Below are positions 1-9,332 of a stretch of DNA of 32,000 bases, piece by piece (positions within the stretch are counted from its first letter, which is position 1; every line of letters begins with the position of its first letter). Origin of the DNA: Desulfotalea psychrophila LSv54 (GTDB lineage Bacteria > Desulfobacterota > Desulfobulbia > Desulfobulbales > Desulfocapsaceae); the NCBI RefSeq assembly GCF_000025945.1, contig NC_006138.1:3180001-3212000 (forward strand), given 5' to 3'. The translations under genes and the position numbers were made by a program. The notes beneath the pieces are model-generated. The model did no database searches and was not told where the DNA came from. It was given only the letters and a program-made list of their open reading frames with translations.

Positions 1-191
1 CGGGAAACCCCCATTTTTTCCCCTGCCTGTTCCTGGGTAAGACCTTCTCCATCACAGAGCCGAAGTGCCTCCAGCTCATCCTGATAAATTTCAACCTGTT
101 CTATCTCAGAGAGAGGCCGACCAGTAGGTTTAAAGGCTCGGCGACAAAAACTTCTCTGGCAATATCGAATTTTTTTAGGTCGTGGTGACAT
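1..191 (-). CDS. DUF134/UPF0251 family DNA-binding protein, N-terminal 63 codons only (gene runs off the left edge)
   Basis: The ORF is open-ended, so it is absent from the ORF track. The reverse complement from the ATG at 191-189 reads without stops: MSPRPKKIRYCQRSFCRRAFKPTGRPLSEIEQVEIYQDELEALRLCDGEGLTQEQAGEKMGVS. This fits the DUF134 pattern as I remember it: a basic Cys-containing N-terminus, FKP-G-P, then a DE-EA-RL-D-EGL-QE-A--MGVSR HTH. Confidence 0.8.
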   Translation of the reverse strand, partial: MSPRPKKIRYCQRSFCRRAFKPTGRPLSEIEQVEIYQDELEALRLCDGEGLTQEQAGEKMGVS

Positions 192-222
192 AAATCTTCT
201 CAAATTTAGAAATAACGCTACT

Positions 223-250
223 CAAAAGAGGCTACAGATGCCTCTAAAAA
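223..250 (-). terminator. weak terminator-like hairpin just upstream of the DUF134 start
   Basis: AGAGGC (227-232) pairs with GCCTCT (240-245) around a 7-nt loop, flanked by A4 (223-226) and A5 (246-250). On the minus strand the stem is followed by UUUU. The stem is only 6 bp. Confidence 0.25.
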
Positions 251-674
251 CATTTTAGTAAAAGAGCTCTTACCGCTCTGGCCTACTCTTTCCTGAATAC
301 AGATCTTTTTATACCCCGCCTAGGCATATAAGGCAAACAAGTCCGTGAACAGACCAGCGATTAACAGTAGGCACCAGCTCTATAAATCTCTATCGATTAC
401 AAAAAACAGGCCTTGGGATTGAATTACTCTGGCCTTAATCCGCCAAACTTACTATGAGGAGTAGCAGGTCAGATGGTATTTCTGTTACTGAGCTTATAGA
501 ACGGGTATTATGCATAAAGACAGACAAACCGGTACACACCGTCAATATAATTTCCAGAGTAATCCAAGGCATTAAAACTACCAACAAGAAATAGACATAA
601 GCAGATCTATGCATTACATTATAGCCAATCTCAACACATAGTTTCACCAATTCTTACAAATAATTGCCCTTTTT

Positions 675-1256
675 ATGTCGAAAAAATCACTCCCTGCTTT
701 CTTAACTTTACTCTTGACCCTCTCTAGCCTTTTTTTACCCCAGGCTCAGGCTCAGGATCCGGAAAAACAGGCAATACTCTCTCAACTCACCGCTGCCAAC
801 TCCCAAAAAGATCTTCTCCTTTTTGGTAATCTAGAGAACAGCTTTAATGAAAGGGCAGTTGCAAGCCTGAAAAATGGCATAGCCCTACACTGTGATTTTT
901 TCGTGGAGCTCTACAAGACGGCCCCCAACTGGCCGGACGAACTGATCAACAATAAAACTTTCAAACACTCCATATCTTACAATACCCTTAAAGATGATTA
1001 CGTCATTAAGCTTCAGGAAAAAAAAGAGCACAATATTCGCTCCGCATCCCTCCATGAAGCCCAGAAAATATTCCAGCAACTCAACGATGTACAGGTAGTG
1101 CCACTCTCGCAACTCATCCCAGACCAGCAGTACACCATTCGTATCAGGGCTGAGCTTAGCCAAGAATCTCTGCCCCCCGGAGTGACAAACATTCTTCCCT
1201 TTGTGACAAGTTCAAATATAAAGACAAAGTGGTATCCCATTGAGTTTAAATACTAG
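675..1256 (+). CDS. secreted DUF4390-like protein
   Basis: 193-aa ORF with a signal peptide (MSKKSLPAFLTLLLTLSSLFLPQAQA/Q). It sits 24 nt upstream of an NtrY-like kinase, which is the conserved context I remember for DUF4390. The family call rests on context and general pattern, not on a search. Confidence 0.65.
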   Translation: MSKKSLPAFLTLLLTLSSLFLPQAQAQDPEKQAILSQLTAANSQKDLLLFGNLENSFNERAVASLKNGIALHCDFFVELYKTAPNWPDELINNKTFKHSISYNTLKDDYVIKLQEKKEHNIRSASLHEAQKIFQQLNDVQVVPLSQLIPDQQYTIRIRAELSQESLPPGVTNILPFVTSSNIKTKWYPIEFKY

Positions 1257-1279
1257 CTCAAAAAAACTACGGACGATCA

Positions 1280-3550
1280 ATGCATAATCTTGTAGACAAA
1301 AACAGCAGCAAATTCACCGAAGAGGAACAACGCCGACATAAACAAAAATTAATCCGTCGGGTAATTGTTCTCTGTCTTTGTCTCATCCCCCTTTTTATCT
1401 GGGTACAGAGCTATCTCGTCACCTCAAGGGGCGAGTCTAGCTTCAATAACAATATCCTGATATTTGCCCTCATCAATATAAACGTACTGCTGGTTCTTTT
1501 TGTCCTCTTTCTGGTATTACGTAATCTGGCCGAGCTCCTCTTTGAAAGACGAATCAGCAAACTTGGCAGAACACTTAAAACAAAACTCATTGCCTCTTTT
1601 CTCTCTCTCTCCCTCATACCAACCATCCTTCTTTTTTTTGTTGCCCTACAGTTTGTCTCCACCAGCATGGATTATTGGTTCAACACAAATATCGAAAATT
1701 CCCTTGAAGAGTCCCTTAAACTGGCCCAATCACTTTATCAGGATAAAAAAGAGCAGGCGGGTGACATAGGAAGAGCAATAGCCAAAACGCTTGAGGAAAA
1801 AGAGGGGCAAAAACAGAGCTCTGAAGATATTCAGCATATATTTAACAGTGCTACCTCCTACAATGGCATCGAGGGCCCAGATAGCATCAGCCTCATAGGC
1901 CATGAACAAAAGACAGAGGTCCAATCTCTTAGTGCAGATCTTGCCGGCATCTCTCTACCCAATATCCCCATCGCTACCCTGCAAAAGGTGAGAGAACAGC
2001 ACGTTCAGGAAATTTCCATCCAGGAAATCAAAGAAGGAGATCTTATTCGTAGTGTCAGAATAATCGAATGGGGGCAAGAGACTAAAGCGCCCATGATACT
2101 TGTTACCACCATCCTAATTAAACAGGTACAACTCGAACGCATGGAGACCATTTCCGACGGTATCGAGAGATATAGACAGCTCAAATATTTCAAAGAACCC
2201 TTTAAATTCTGGCTCCTGATCATCCTTCTCATTGTCACCCTACTGGTCATCTTTGCCGCTATCTGGTTTGGTATCTATATCGCCCGAGGCATCACCACTC
2301 CTCTGGAAAAAATTGTTGATGCCACCAAGAGGGTAGCCGACGGTGACCTTCAGTTTACCATGAGCAATGACTCCAATGACGAAATGGGTATGCTGATTGA
2401 CTCCTTCAATCAGATGACCAGTGATCTCTATGAAAGCAATGATCAACTCGAAAAAACCTACCAGGCCCTGATGATAAGCTCCCAAGAATCTGAGCAACGT
2501 CGAAGATATACAGAGATAATTTTACAAAATGTCTCCGCAGGCGTTATCTCCCTCGATGACCAGGGACGCATCACCACCGTTAACCATTTTGCAGAAAAAC
2601 TCCTCAACATCAACAAGGATCATTTTATAGGACTTACCTTTTCTCAGGTACTTCCCGCAAACCAAACAGATATCGTCAATGGCTTTATTAACGAGTTACG
2701 GGAGACAGGCAAGACCTCACTCCAGCAGCATATAAAACTTCAGGTGATGGGCAAGAGTTACTCACTGTTGATAAATTTCACTCACCTGGAAGATGAAAAC
2801 CACAGGTCACTTGGTTTTGTTTTGGTCTTTGACAATCTGACCAAACTGGAAAAAATGCAACGCATGGCGGCATGGCGCGAAGTTGCCAGGCGCATTGCCC
2901 ATGAGATTAAGAACCCACTCACCCCCATACAGCTCTCTGCCCAACGACTGCGCAGACGATATCCGGAAATACTGAAGGAAGAAAATAGCATCTTTGATCA
3001 ATGCACCTCGACAATCATCTCCCAGGTTGACGAGCTAAAAACCCTGGTCAGCGAATTTTCTCAATTTGCCAGAATGCCTAAGATTCAAAAAAACCCCGCC
3101 GATATTTATAGGCTAACCAAGAGAACGCTTATTCTTTATCAGGAAGCCCACAAACATATAGAATTTAGTTGCCATGCCGATGTGGATATTCCAATCTTCA
3201 GTTTCGATGCTGAACAAATAGGGCGATGCCTGATCAACCTGCTCGATAATGCGGTTGCAGTTTTACCGGACAAAGGTACAATACATATAGAGCTCACTCT
3301 TGCCCAAGAAACAGAAACTGTACTTATCAAAGTTGCCGATGATGGCCCCGGTATTTCAAAGGAAAATAGAGGTAAACTTTTTGAGCCCTATTTCTCCACC
3401 AAAAAAACCGGCACGGGGCTTGGGTTGGCCATTGTCTCCACCATTGTTGCCGACCATAATGGTTATATCCGGGTACAAGAAAATACCCCGAAGGGCTCTC
3501 TGTTCATAATAGAACTCCCCCTGACGAGCGAAAAAGAGATAACGAAATAA
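1280..3550 (+). CDS. NtrY-like membrane sensor histidine kinase (TM-HAMP-PAS-HisKA-HATPase)
   Basis: 756-aa ORF with N-terminal TM helices and a second TM block (FWLLIILLIVTLLVIFAAIWFGIYIA). Domain motifs: HAMP (RGITTPLEKIVDATKRVADGDL...MGMLIDSFNQMTSDL), PAS (ILQNVSAGVISLDDQGRITTVN), H-box (ARRIAHEIKNPLTPIQLSAQRL), N-box (NLLDNAV), G1 (DDGPGI) and G2 (GTGLGLAIV). Confidence 0.9.
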   Translation: MHNLVDKNSSKFTEEEQRRHKQKLIRRVIVLCLCLIPLFIWVQSYLVTSRGESSFNNNILIFALININVLLVLFVLFLVLRNLAELLFERRISKLGRTLKTKLIASFLSLSLIPTILLFFVALQFVSTSMDYWFNTNIENSLEESLKLAQSLYQDKKEQAGDIGRAIAKTLEEKEGQKQSSEDIQHIFNSATSYNGIEGPDSISLIGHEQKTEVQSLSADLAGISLPNIPIATLQKVREQHVQEISIQEIKEGDLIRSVRIIEWGQETKAPMILVTTILIKQVQLERMETISDGIERYRQLKYFKEPFKFWLLIILLIVTLLVIFAAIWFGIYIARGITTPLEKIVDATKRVADGDLQFTMSNDSNDEMGMLIDSFNQMTSDLYESNDQLEKTYQALMISSQESEQRRRYTEIILQNVSAGVISLDDQGRITTVNHFAEKLLNINKDHFIGLTFSQVLPANQTDIVNGFINELRETGKTSLQQHIKLQVMGKSYSLLINFTHLEDENHRSLGFVLVFDNLTKLEKMQRMAAWREVARRIAHEIKNPLTPIQLSAQRLRRRYPEILKEENSIFDQCTSTIISQVDELKTLVSEFSQFARMPKIQKNPADIYRLTKRTLILYQEAHKHIEFSCHADVDIPIFSFDAEQIGRCLINLLDNAVAVLPDKGTIHIELTLAQETETVLIKVADDGPGISKENRGKLFEPYFSTKKTGTGLGLAIVSTIVADHNGYIRVQENTPKGSLFIIELPLTSEKEITK

Positions 3551-3618
3551 TCCCCCAAAATAACTTGAACCCTTCAAGCGTCCCAGAACGTTAGAACTCT
3601 ACCAGGACAGGATCCTCT

Positions 3619-4983
3619 ATGGCAAAGCGCGTACTTATTATTGATGACGAGGCAAGTATTCGTATAACACTTCAGGGTATTCTTGAAGATGAAGGCTTTC
3701 AAACTCTCGCCTGCGCATCGGCTGAAGAGGGAATTGAACTCCTTGAAAAAGAGATCATTGACATTGTCCTACTCGATATCTGGTTGGGTGATAACATGGA
3801 TGGACTCACCGCCCTTGAAATAATCCACGAGCGCTTCTCTCTTCCCGTTATCATGATTTCCGGCCACGGCAATGTAGAAACAGCCGTACAAGCCACCAAA
3901 AAGGGGGCCTTTGATTTTATAGAAAAGCCCCTTTCCTACGAAAAAATTCTGGTCGCCATCACAAACGGCCTTCGTTTTGCTAACCTCGAAAAGGAAAATA
4001 TTCTTCTTCGGGAAAATCGCCACAAACAGACAAACCTCACAGGAAAATCTGCCGCAATTCAAATTGTCAAAAAGCAGATTGCAACGGTCGCACCAACAGA
4101 GGCATGGGTTCTTATTCGCGGAGAACATGGCACCGGCAAGGAGCTGGTTGCCCAATCTATCCATAGCCTCTCGCGTGCCAGCAATCAGCCCATGGTAGAA
4201 ATCAACTGTGCCGCTATTCCGGAAGAGTTAATTGAATCCGAACTATTTGGCCATGAAAAAGGTTCTTTTACCGGTGCCCATAACAGTAAAAGAGGCAAAT
4301 TCGATCAGGCCAATGGCGGCATACTCTTTCTCGATGAAATTGGCGACATGAGTATGACCACCCAGTCAAAAATTTTACGCATCCTCCAGGAGCAGAAATT
4401 TGAGCGGGTGGGCGGAAATAAGACGATCAAGGTCAATGTACGCGTTCTCGCTGCCACTAACAAAAATCTCGAAGAGGAGATAGAGGCGGGCAATTTCAGA
4501 GCAGATCTTTTCTGGCGACTGAACGTGGTACCTATTCATGTCCCCCCACTCAAGGAGAGAATGGAGGACATTCCTCTCCTCGTTGAAAACCTGCTCGAAC
4601 AGCTTATCCATAAGGGTTTACAAAAAAAGACCTTTGGCGAAGACGCCTACCGGGCCCTGCAAAGCCACGATTGGCCCGGAAACGTCAGAGAGCTTCGTAA
4701 TTTTATAGAAAGAGTTGTTATTATGACACCGGGAGAGGTCATCTCCGGCAGTGATACCGAGCTCTTTCTCATGGGAGGGTCTAGCAAACTGCCCACAGGT
4801 AAGACGGATCTGCCCAGCTGGTTTTCCCAGGACTATAAAACCGCCAAAAAAATCTTTGAGAAAAAGTATCTCAAAGAACGGTTGGAACAAAACGATGGTA
4901 ACGTCTCCCGCACCGCAGAGCAGGTAGGGCTTGAGCGTAGCCATCTTCACAAAAAGCTGAAGTCTCTTGAAATAATAGACTAG
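3619..4983 (+). CDS. sigma-54-dependent response regulator (NtrX/NtrC/AtoC family bEBP)
   Basis: 454 aa. Receiver motifs: VLIIDDE, DIVLLDIWL, MISGHG, FDFIEKP. AAA+ sigma-54 interaction domain: Walker A GEHGTGKE, GSFTGA (a GAFTGA variant), Walker B ILFLDEIGDM. C-terminal Fis-type HTH: GNVSRTAEQVGLERSHLHKKLKSL. AGGA RBS before the ATG. Confidence 0.92.
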   Translation: MAKRVLIIDDEASIRITLQGILEDEGFQTLACASAEEGIELLEKEIIDIVLLDIWLGDNMDGLTALEIIHERFSLPVIMISGHGNVETAVQATKKGAFDFIEKPLSYEKILVAITNGLRFANLEKENILLRENRHKQTNLTGKSAAIQIVKKQIATVAPTEAWVLIRGEHGTGKELVAQSIHSLSRASNQPMVEINCAAIPEELIESELFGHEKGSFTGAHNSKRGKFDQANGGILFLDEIGDMSMTTQSKILRILQEQKFERVGGNKTIKVNVRVLAATNKNLEEEIEAGNFRADLFWRLNVVPIHVPPLKERMEDIPLLVENLLEQLIHKGLQKKTFGEDAYRALQSHDWPGNVRELRNFIERVVIMTPGEVISGSDTELFLMGGSSKLPTGKTDLPSWFSQDYKTAKKIFEKKYLKERLEQNDGNVSRTAEQVGLERSHLHKKLKSLEIID

Positions 4984-5026
4984 GCCAACATTAAAAACAT
5001 AGCTTACAACACTATAGGAGAACTCC

Positions 5027-6007
5027 ATGGTCTTCCCAGAATATCGTCCACGTCGCATGCGCCAAAGCGCCACCTTTCGTGGTCTTATACGTGAAACCCA
5101 ACTCAACTCTGACCAACTTATCTACCCCCTCTTTGTTATGCCAGGCAAAAACAAATGTGAAGAAATTTCTTCTATGCCTGGAGTATTTCGAGTAAGCGTT
5201 GATATGCTTGGTCAGGAGTGCCGTGACTGTCTGGATCTGGGCATTAAAAGTGTCATTCTCTTTGGCCTGCCAGAGACAAAGGATGCCATGGGCACCGGTG
5301 CCCACGATAAAAATGGTATTATCCAAAAAGCCATCCGGGAAATCAAAAACAAGACTCCCGAAATGCTTGTTATAACCGACGTCTGTCTCTGCGAATACAC
5401 CGACCACGGTCACTGTGGCTGTATCATAGATAACGATGTTGATAACGATACCACTCTGGAGATTCTTGCCAAGACAGCCCTCTCCCATGCCCAGGCAGGA
5501 GCCGACATGGTGGCACCATCGGATATGATGGATGGCAGAGTCGCAGAGATACGCGCGGCCCTGGATGAACATAATTTTGATTCTATCCCCATTATGTCCT
5601 ATGCGGTAAAATACGCATCTGCCTTTTATGGTCCATTTCGTGATGCGGCGGACTGCTCACCCCAATTTGGTGACCGAAAAACCTATCAGATGGACCCGGC
5701 AAACAGCCGCGAGGCAATGCGCGAGGCCACCCTTGACGTTGACGAGGGTGCCGACATCCTGATGGTAAAACCTGCAGTTGCCTATATGGACATTATCAGC
5801 CGACTACGAGACGAATTTGATCTACCCATTGCTGCCTATCACGTCAGCGGAGAGTACGCCATGATCAAAGCCGCCGCAGAAAAAGGTTGGATTGACGGTG
5901 ACAAGGTTATGGAAGAGACCCTGCTCTCCCTTCGTCGAGCGGGTGCCGATATGATCATCACCTATTTTGCCAAGGATATGGCAAAGATATTAAAAGAGCG
6001 CAGATAG
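5027..6007 (+). CDS. hemB: porphobilinogen synthase (delta-aminolevulinate dehydratase), Zn-type
   Basis: 326 aa with a GGAG RBS. The N-terminus (RPRRMRQSATFRGLIRETQL) and the Zn-binding Cys cluster (DVCLCEYTDHGHCG) are typical of HemB. The sequence resembles ALAD over its full length. Confidence 0.93.
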   Translation: MVFPEYRPRRMRQSATFRGLIRETQLNSDQLIYPLFVMPGKNKCEEISSMPGVFRVSVDMLGQECRDCLDLGIKSVILFGLPETKDAMGTGAHDKNGIIQKAIREIKNKTPEMLVITDVCLCEYTDHGHCGCIIDNDVDNDTTLEILAKTALSHAQAGADMVAPSDMMDGRVAEIRAALDEHNFDSIPIMSYAVKYASAFYGPFRDAADCSPQFGDRKTYQMDPANSREAMREATLDVDEGADILMVKPAVAYMDIISRLRDEFDLPIAAYHVSGEYAMIKAAAEKGWIDGDKVMEETLLSLRRAGADMIITYFAKDMAKILKERR

Positions 6008-6015
6008 AGCTCCAA

Positions 6016-6047
6016 GGAGTCTGGAGAGTTCTCACCCTTCAGACTCC
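6016..6047. terminator. hairpin between convergent hemB and the VanZ-like gene
   Basis: GGAGTCTG (6016-6023) pairs with CAGACTCC (6040-6047), and the stem extends to about 11 bp with one G-T pair. There is no clean U-tract on either strand. It overlaps the last codons of the minus-strand gene. Confidence 0.3.
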
Positions 6048-6427
6048 ATCAGCTTCACCTCCTGCCACCTCCTCCCCTGCCAAAAGCCAAGCGCCACCAC
6101 TATCCCACCAAAGAGATCTGCTATAATATCACCAGCGCTGACATCACGACCGGGGACAAAGGACTGATGAAATTCATCGGAAATACCATAGAGCAGAACA
6201 ATAAAGACAAGATAGAGACAGGCCTTGAGCACATTTTCATCTCTCCACCTCTTGAAAAAGGCAATAAGAATGGTCGAGGCCAGGGTGCCATAGGCAACAA
6301 AATGGGCCACCTTATCAACGCCTGCAAAGGCTGGAAGATGGAGGCTGTCGCCTGGTTGGTTGGACAAAAAGAAAATGATTCCCATAACAAAGAGCATGGG
6401 AACCATTCGAACAACAAGGCTAGGCAT
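6032..6427 (-). CDS. VanZ family membrane protein (start uncertain)
   Basis: The C-terminal two thirds of the 176-aa ORF have the VanZ-like pattern (DKVAHFVAYGTLA...ISDEFHQSFVPGRDVSAGDIIADLFGG) and 3-4 hydrophobic helices. The upstream part of the ORF overlaps the SEC-C gene. I therefore place the start at the ATG at 6427-6425 (MPSLVV...), 4 nt after the upstream stop. Confidence 0.6.
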   Translation of the reverse strand: MPSLVVRMVPMLFVMGIIFFLSNQPGDSLHLPAFAGVDKVAHFVAYGTLASTILIAFFKRWRDENVLKACLYLVFIVLLYGISDEFHQSFVPGRDVSAGDIIADLFGGIVVALGFWQGRRWQEVKLMESEG

Positions 6428-6431
6428 CTGC

Positions 6432-6944
6432 CTATTCACTAGGCTGGGTAACATGTACCTGTTGGAGCTCACTTGCAGTAAATTTCTTCCGTATTCTGCG
6501 GACAGCGGCACTGATCTCATGACTTGGGGCATCGGCAAGAACCGAGACAACCTTATCTGCATAGGCGGTCATCTCAAATTGTTTGTCCTGAATGGCAAAG
6601 GTATGGCTCCAGTTAATCTCAATGGTTTCCGGATTTTCATCAATGGGTGGCTCTAACCTTTCACCACCCCTTGCCAGCTGCACACAATCACATTCTGTCA
6701 TCTCAAGTAGCCAGGCATCGCCAGCAGCCGTTGAGTAAAAATAGAAGACACCGAGCTCTTTCTGGACGACTTTCTTATTTTCAGCCGCAAGCTGAACATC
6801 TTCGACCCCACCCATCAGGGTTATTTTCAGGGCCTGCTCCGGAGTGAGTGGAACCTGCTTTTCAGCTACCTTTAAGCCACAACAGTGCTTAAATTTTTTG
6901 CCACTTCTACAGGGACAGGGCTCATTTCTACCAATTTTTGCCAT
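6432..6944 (-). CDS. SEC-C metal-binding motif protein (motif at the N-terminus)
   Basis: 170 aa. Residues 9-23 (PCPCRSGKKFKHCCG) match the SecA C-terminal Zn motif CPCGSGKKYKKCC. I do not recognise the remaining ~145 aa. Confidence 0.7.
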   Translation of the reverse strand: MAKIGRNEPCPCRSGKKFKHCCGLKVAEKQVPLTPEQALKITLMGGVEDVQLAAENKKVVQKELGVFYFYSTAAGDAWLLEMTECDCVQLARGGERLEPPIDENPETIEINWSHTFAIQDKQFEMTAYADKVVSVLADAPSHEISAAVRRIRKKFTASELQQVHVTQPSE

Positions 6945-6989
6945 AGTGCACCTAGGTTAAAATAGTTGGACGATTATTCATATGCGAAA

Positions 6990-9179
6990 CTACGAACATT
7001 TACTGTAGCCACAGTCATGACATGTTTCGCATCCTTCTTCAAAACGGAGTGTTCCTGAACACTCAGGACAGATACTTGCGAATCCATTTTGCGTACCTGC
7101 CAGGAACGATTTGAACAGTTTACTCAACTGAGCTGGGAGGTCAAGCATATGTCCACTTGAGCGATCAAGTTGTTTAATAATTTCAGCCATTGGCACCCCA
7201 AAACGAAGGGCAAGAGAGACAACACGGCAGGTGGTTGTCCACATGGTTGACTTATCCTTGAGATCCACCCTGTTATCAAATGGAAATTTAGCAAAAACCT
7301 CCATGGGCATCTCATTTTCATCAAAACAGACAATGATATAGACAGATTTCTGGTCTTGGTCCTTAAGCTTATAACGTTTTGCATCAAGGATATCAGGAAG
7401 ATTACGCTTGCCGACAAACCCTGTCTCTGAAACCATAGCCGATTTCTCACTGGCCCTTGACTGTTCCGTTGTATTAAGTACCTGATCATCACGGGAACCA
7501 TCACGATAGACGGTCAACCCCTTACAGCCAAGCTTATAGCCGCTGATATAGGAGTACTTCACATCTTCTCGAGTGGCAGTTTTGGGCAGGTTAATAGTCT
7601 TAGAAATGGAACTATCCACACCGCTATTTTGCAATATCGCCTGCATACGAATATGATCTTCCGGAGAAATATCCTGGGCTGTACGAAACGCCTCCTGCCA
7701 TTTTTCTGGGATCTCGGCATGACCGACAACGGTACCACTTTCAGCCACCTTTACCATCAGATCATCGGAATAAAAGCCCTGCTCCCTGGCAATTTTTTCA
7801 AAGTGCTTATTAACCATCAGAAGCCTGTCACCATCCATGACGTGCTTCATCATAACAATGGAGAAATAGGGCTCACAGCCAGAGGCACAATCGGCAATCA
7901 TAGAAACAGTGCCCGTTGGCTGAATGGAGGTCAGAGCGGCATTACGACGGGCAGGATATAAATTTATCTCTGCATCGTAGGCCGGAAAGGCACCCTTCTC
8001 TTCGGCAAGTTTTCGAGACTGTTCTTCACACCTGTCACGAATAAACTGCATAACTTCAGCGGCAAGCAAACGCCCCTCTTCACTCCCATAGGGAATGGCA
8101 AGTTGGATAAGCAGATCATGAAGCCCCATAATCCCCAGACCTATTTTCCTCGTCTTAAGGGTCATTTCACCTATTTCAGGAATCGGAAAAACATTACAGT
8201 CAATAACATTATCAAGAAAACAGGTGGCCGTCTTAACGATCTGACCAAGACGAGAATAATCAACCTCGTCATTTTTTACAAAATTGCCAAGATTAATTGA
8301 CCCAAGGTTACAGCTCTCATAGGGCAAAAGCCACTGCTCACCGCAGGGATTGGTTGCCTCAAAATCACCGAGCTGAGGAGTGGTATTATCCCTGTTGGCC
8401 GCATCAATAAACAAAACCCCTGGCTCACCATTATGCCAGGCTAGGTCAACAATTTTAGCAAAAACCTCCACCGCATTAAGCTGGCCCATAACCTCGCCAG
8501 TGCTGGGTTCAATAAGATCATACTCTTTATCTGCCTCAAGGGCAGCCATAAAGAGATCTGTAATGGCAACACTAAAATTAAAGTTATTAAACTTGTCCTG
8601 ATCCTCTTTGGCGCTGATAAATGCCATAATATCAGGGTGATCAACACGTAAAACGCCCATATTTGCCCCCCGTCTTTTCCCCCCCTGCTTGATAGTTTCA
8701 GTAGCAGCATCAAAAACTGCAGCAAAAGAGAGCGGCCCGGAGGCAACACCATGAGTTGATTTAACCGAGGCATTACAGGCTCGAATCCGAGAAAAAGAAT
8801 AGCCCGTACCACCGCCCGTCTTATGAACGAGGGCTCCATTACGGATAGCGGTAAAAATACCATCCATACTATCCTCAACCGGCAAAACAAAACAGGCGGA
8901 GAGTTGACCTATCTCGGTTCCCGCATTCATCAAACAGGGAGAATTGGGCAAAAAGTCCAACTGATAAATCATAGTAAAAAAATCATCACGAAGCTGTTTG
9001 ATCCCTGTGACTTCATTTTTACCTGTAGCGTCCTCAGGAGCTACAGCCTCCGCTACTCGATGAGCCAAGGCCTTCCAATCTTCCAACGAATTTCCAGCAT
9101 CATCTTTTAAATAGTAACGCCGAGCAAGTACAGTCTCAGCGGTCGTCGTCAACACCTGTTCCATCACATCAGGAGCCAT
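6990..9179 (-). CDS. nrdJ: adenosylcobalamin-dependent (class II) ribonucleotide reductase
   Basis: The ORF track gives 785 aa. I trim it to the ATG at 9179-9177 (MAPDVMEQVL..., 729 aa), which has an AAAGAGGT RBS 5 nt upstream. The upstream 56 codons look non-protein-like. Motifs: ARRYYLKD, active-site loop TNPCGEQ, SCNLGSINL, IGLGIMGLHDLL, and a C-terminal 4-Cys ribbon (CPECSG...CETCHDCG). No NrdB-type partner is present. Confidence 0.92.
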   Translation of the reverse strand: MAPDVMEQVLTTTAETVLARRYYLKDDAGNSLEDWKALAHRVAEAVAPEDATGKNEVTGIKQLRDDFFTMIYQLDFLPNSPCLMNAGTEIGQLSACFVLPVEDSMDGIFTAIRNGALVHKTGGGTGYSFSRIRACNASVKSTHGVASGPLSFAAVFDAATETIKQGGKRRGANMGVLRVDHPDIMAFISAKEDQDKFNNFNFSVAITDLFMAALEADKEYDLIEPSTGEVMGQLNAVEVFAKIVDLAWHNGEPGVLFIDAANRDNTTPQLGDFEATNPCGEQWLLPYESCNLGSINLGNFVKNDEVDYSRLGQIVKTATCFLDNVIDCNVFPIPEIGEMTLKTRKIGLGIMGLHDLLIQLAIPYGSEEGRLLAAEVMQFIRDRCEEQSRKLAEEKGAFPAYDAEINLYPARRNAALTSIQPTGTVSMIADCASGCEPYFSIVMMKHVMDGDRLLMVNKHFEKIAREQGFYSDDLMVKVAESGTVVGHAEIPEKWQEAFRTAQDISPEDHIRMQAILQNSGVDSSISKTINLPKTATREDVKYSYISGYKLGCKGLTVYRDGSRDDQVLNTTEQSRASEKSAMVSETGFVGKRNLPDILDAKRYKLKDQDQKSVYIIVCFDENEMPMEVFAKFPFDNRVDLKDKSTMWTTTCRVVSLALRFGVPMAEIIKQLDRSSGHMLDLPAQLSKLFKSFLAGTQNGFASICPECSGTLRFEEGCETCHDCGYSKCS

Positions 9180-9303
9180 AATTACCTCTTTGTAAATATC
9201 ATTTTTATATTGAATTAAATAGAAATAGTTTGCAGGATATCCTTTCCTGTTCAATGACAAGAACACCATATAACCCCAGAAGACAGCAAAAATATCTAGG
9301 GTG

Positions 9304-9332
9304 GGTATACACCATACGCAGGGGGCGCTCAA
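9304..9332 (-). promoter_or_regulatory. candidate sigma-70 promoter for nrdJ
   Basis: Minus-strand TTGAGC (9332-9327), a 17-nt spacer, then TATACC (9309-9304). Each hexamer matches consensus at 4 of 6 positions. The element is overlapped by the candidate NrdR boxes and implies a leader of about 118 nt. Confidence 0.3.

Noticed and set aside
435-650. 71-aa minus-strand ORF in the 480-bp gap between DUF134 and the DUF4390-like gene
   Set aside because: It starts at TTG with no RBS, and the internal ATG also lacks one. Its hydrophobicity is explained by the T-rich strand composition, and I recognise no motif. The weak hairpin at 227-245 could terminate something on this strand, but that is not enough to call a gene.
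4618-5572. Long antisense ORFs inside well-supported genes (e.g. 4618-5106, 5012-5572, 16330-16839, 25986-26609, 30255-30647)
   Set aside because: Each lies entirely opposite a gene with strong family motifs. They have no RBS and their composition mirrors the sense strand, so they are typical shadow ORFs.
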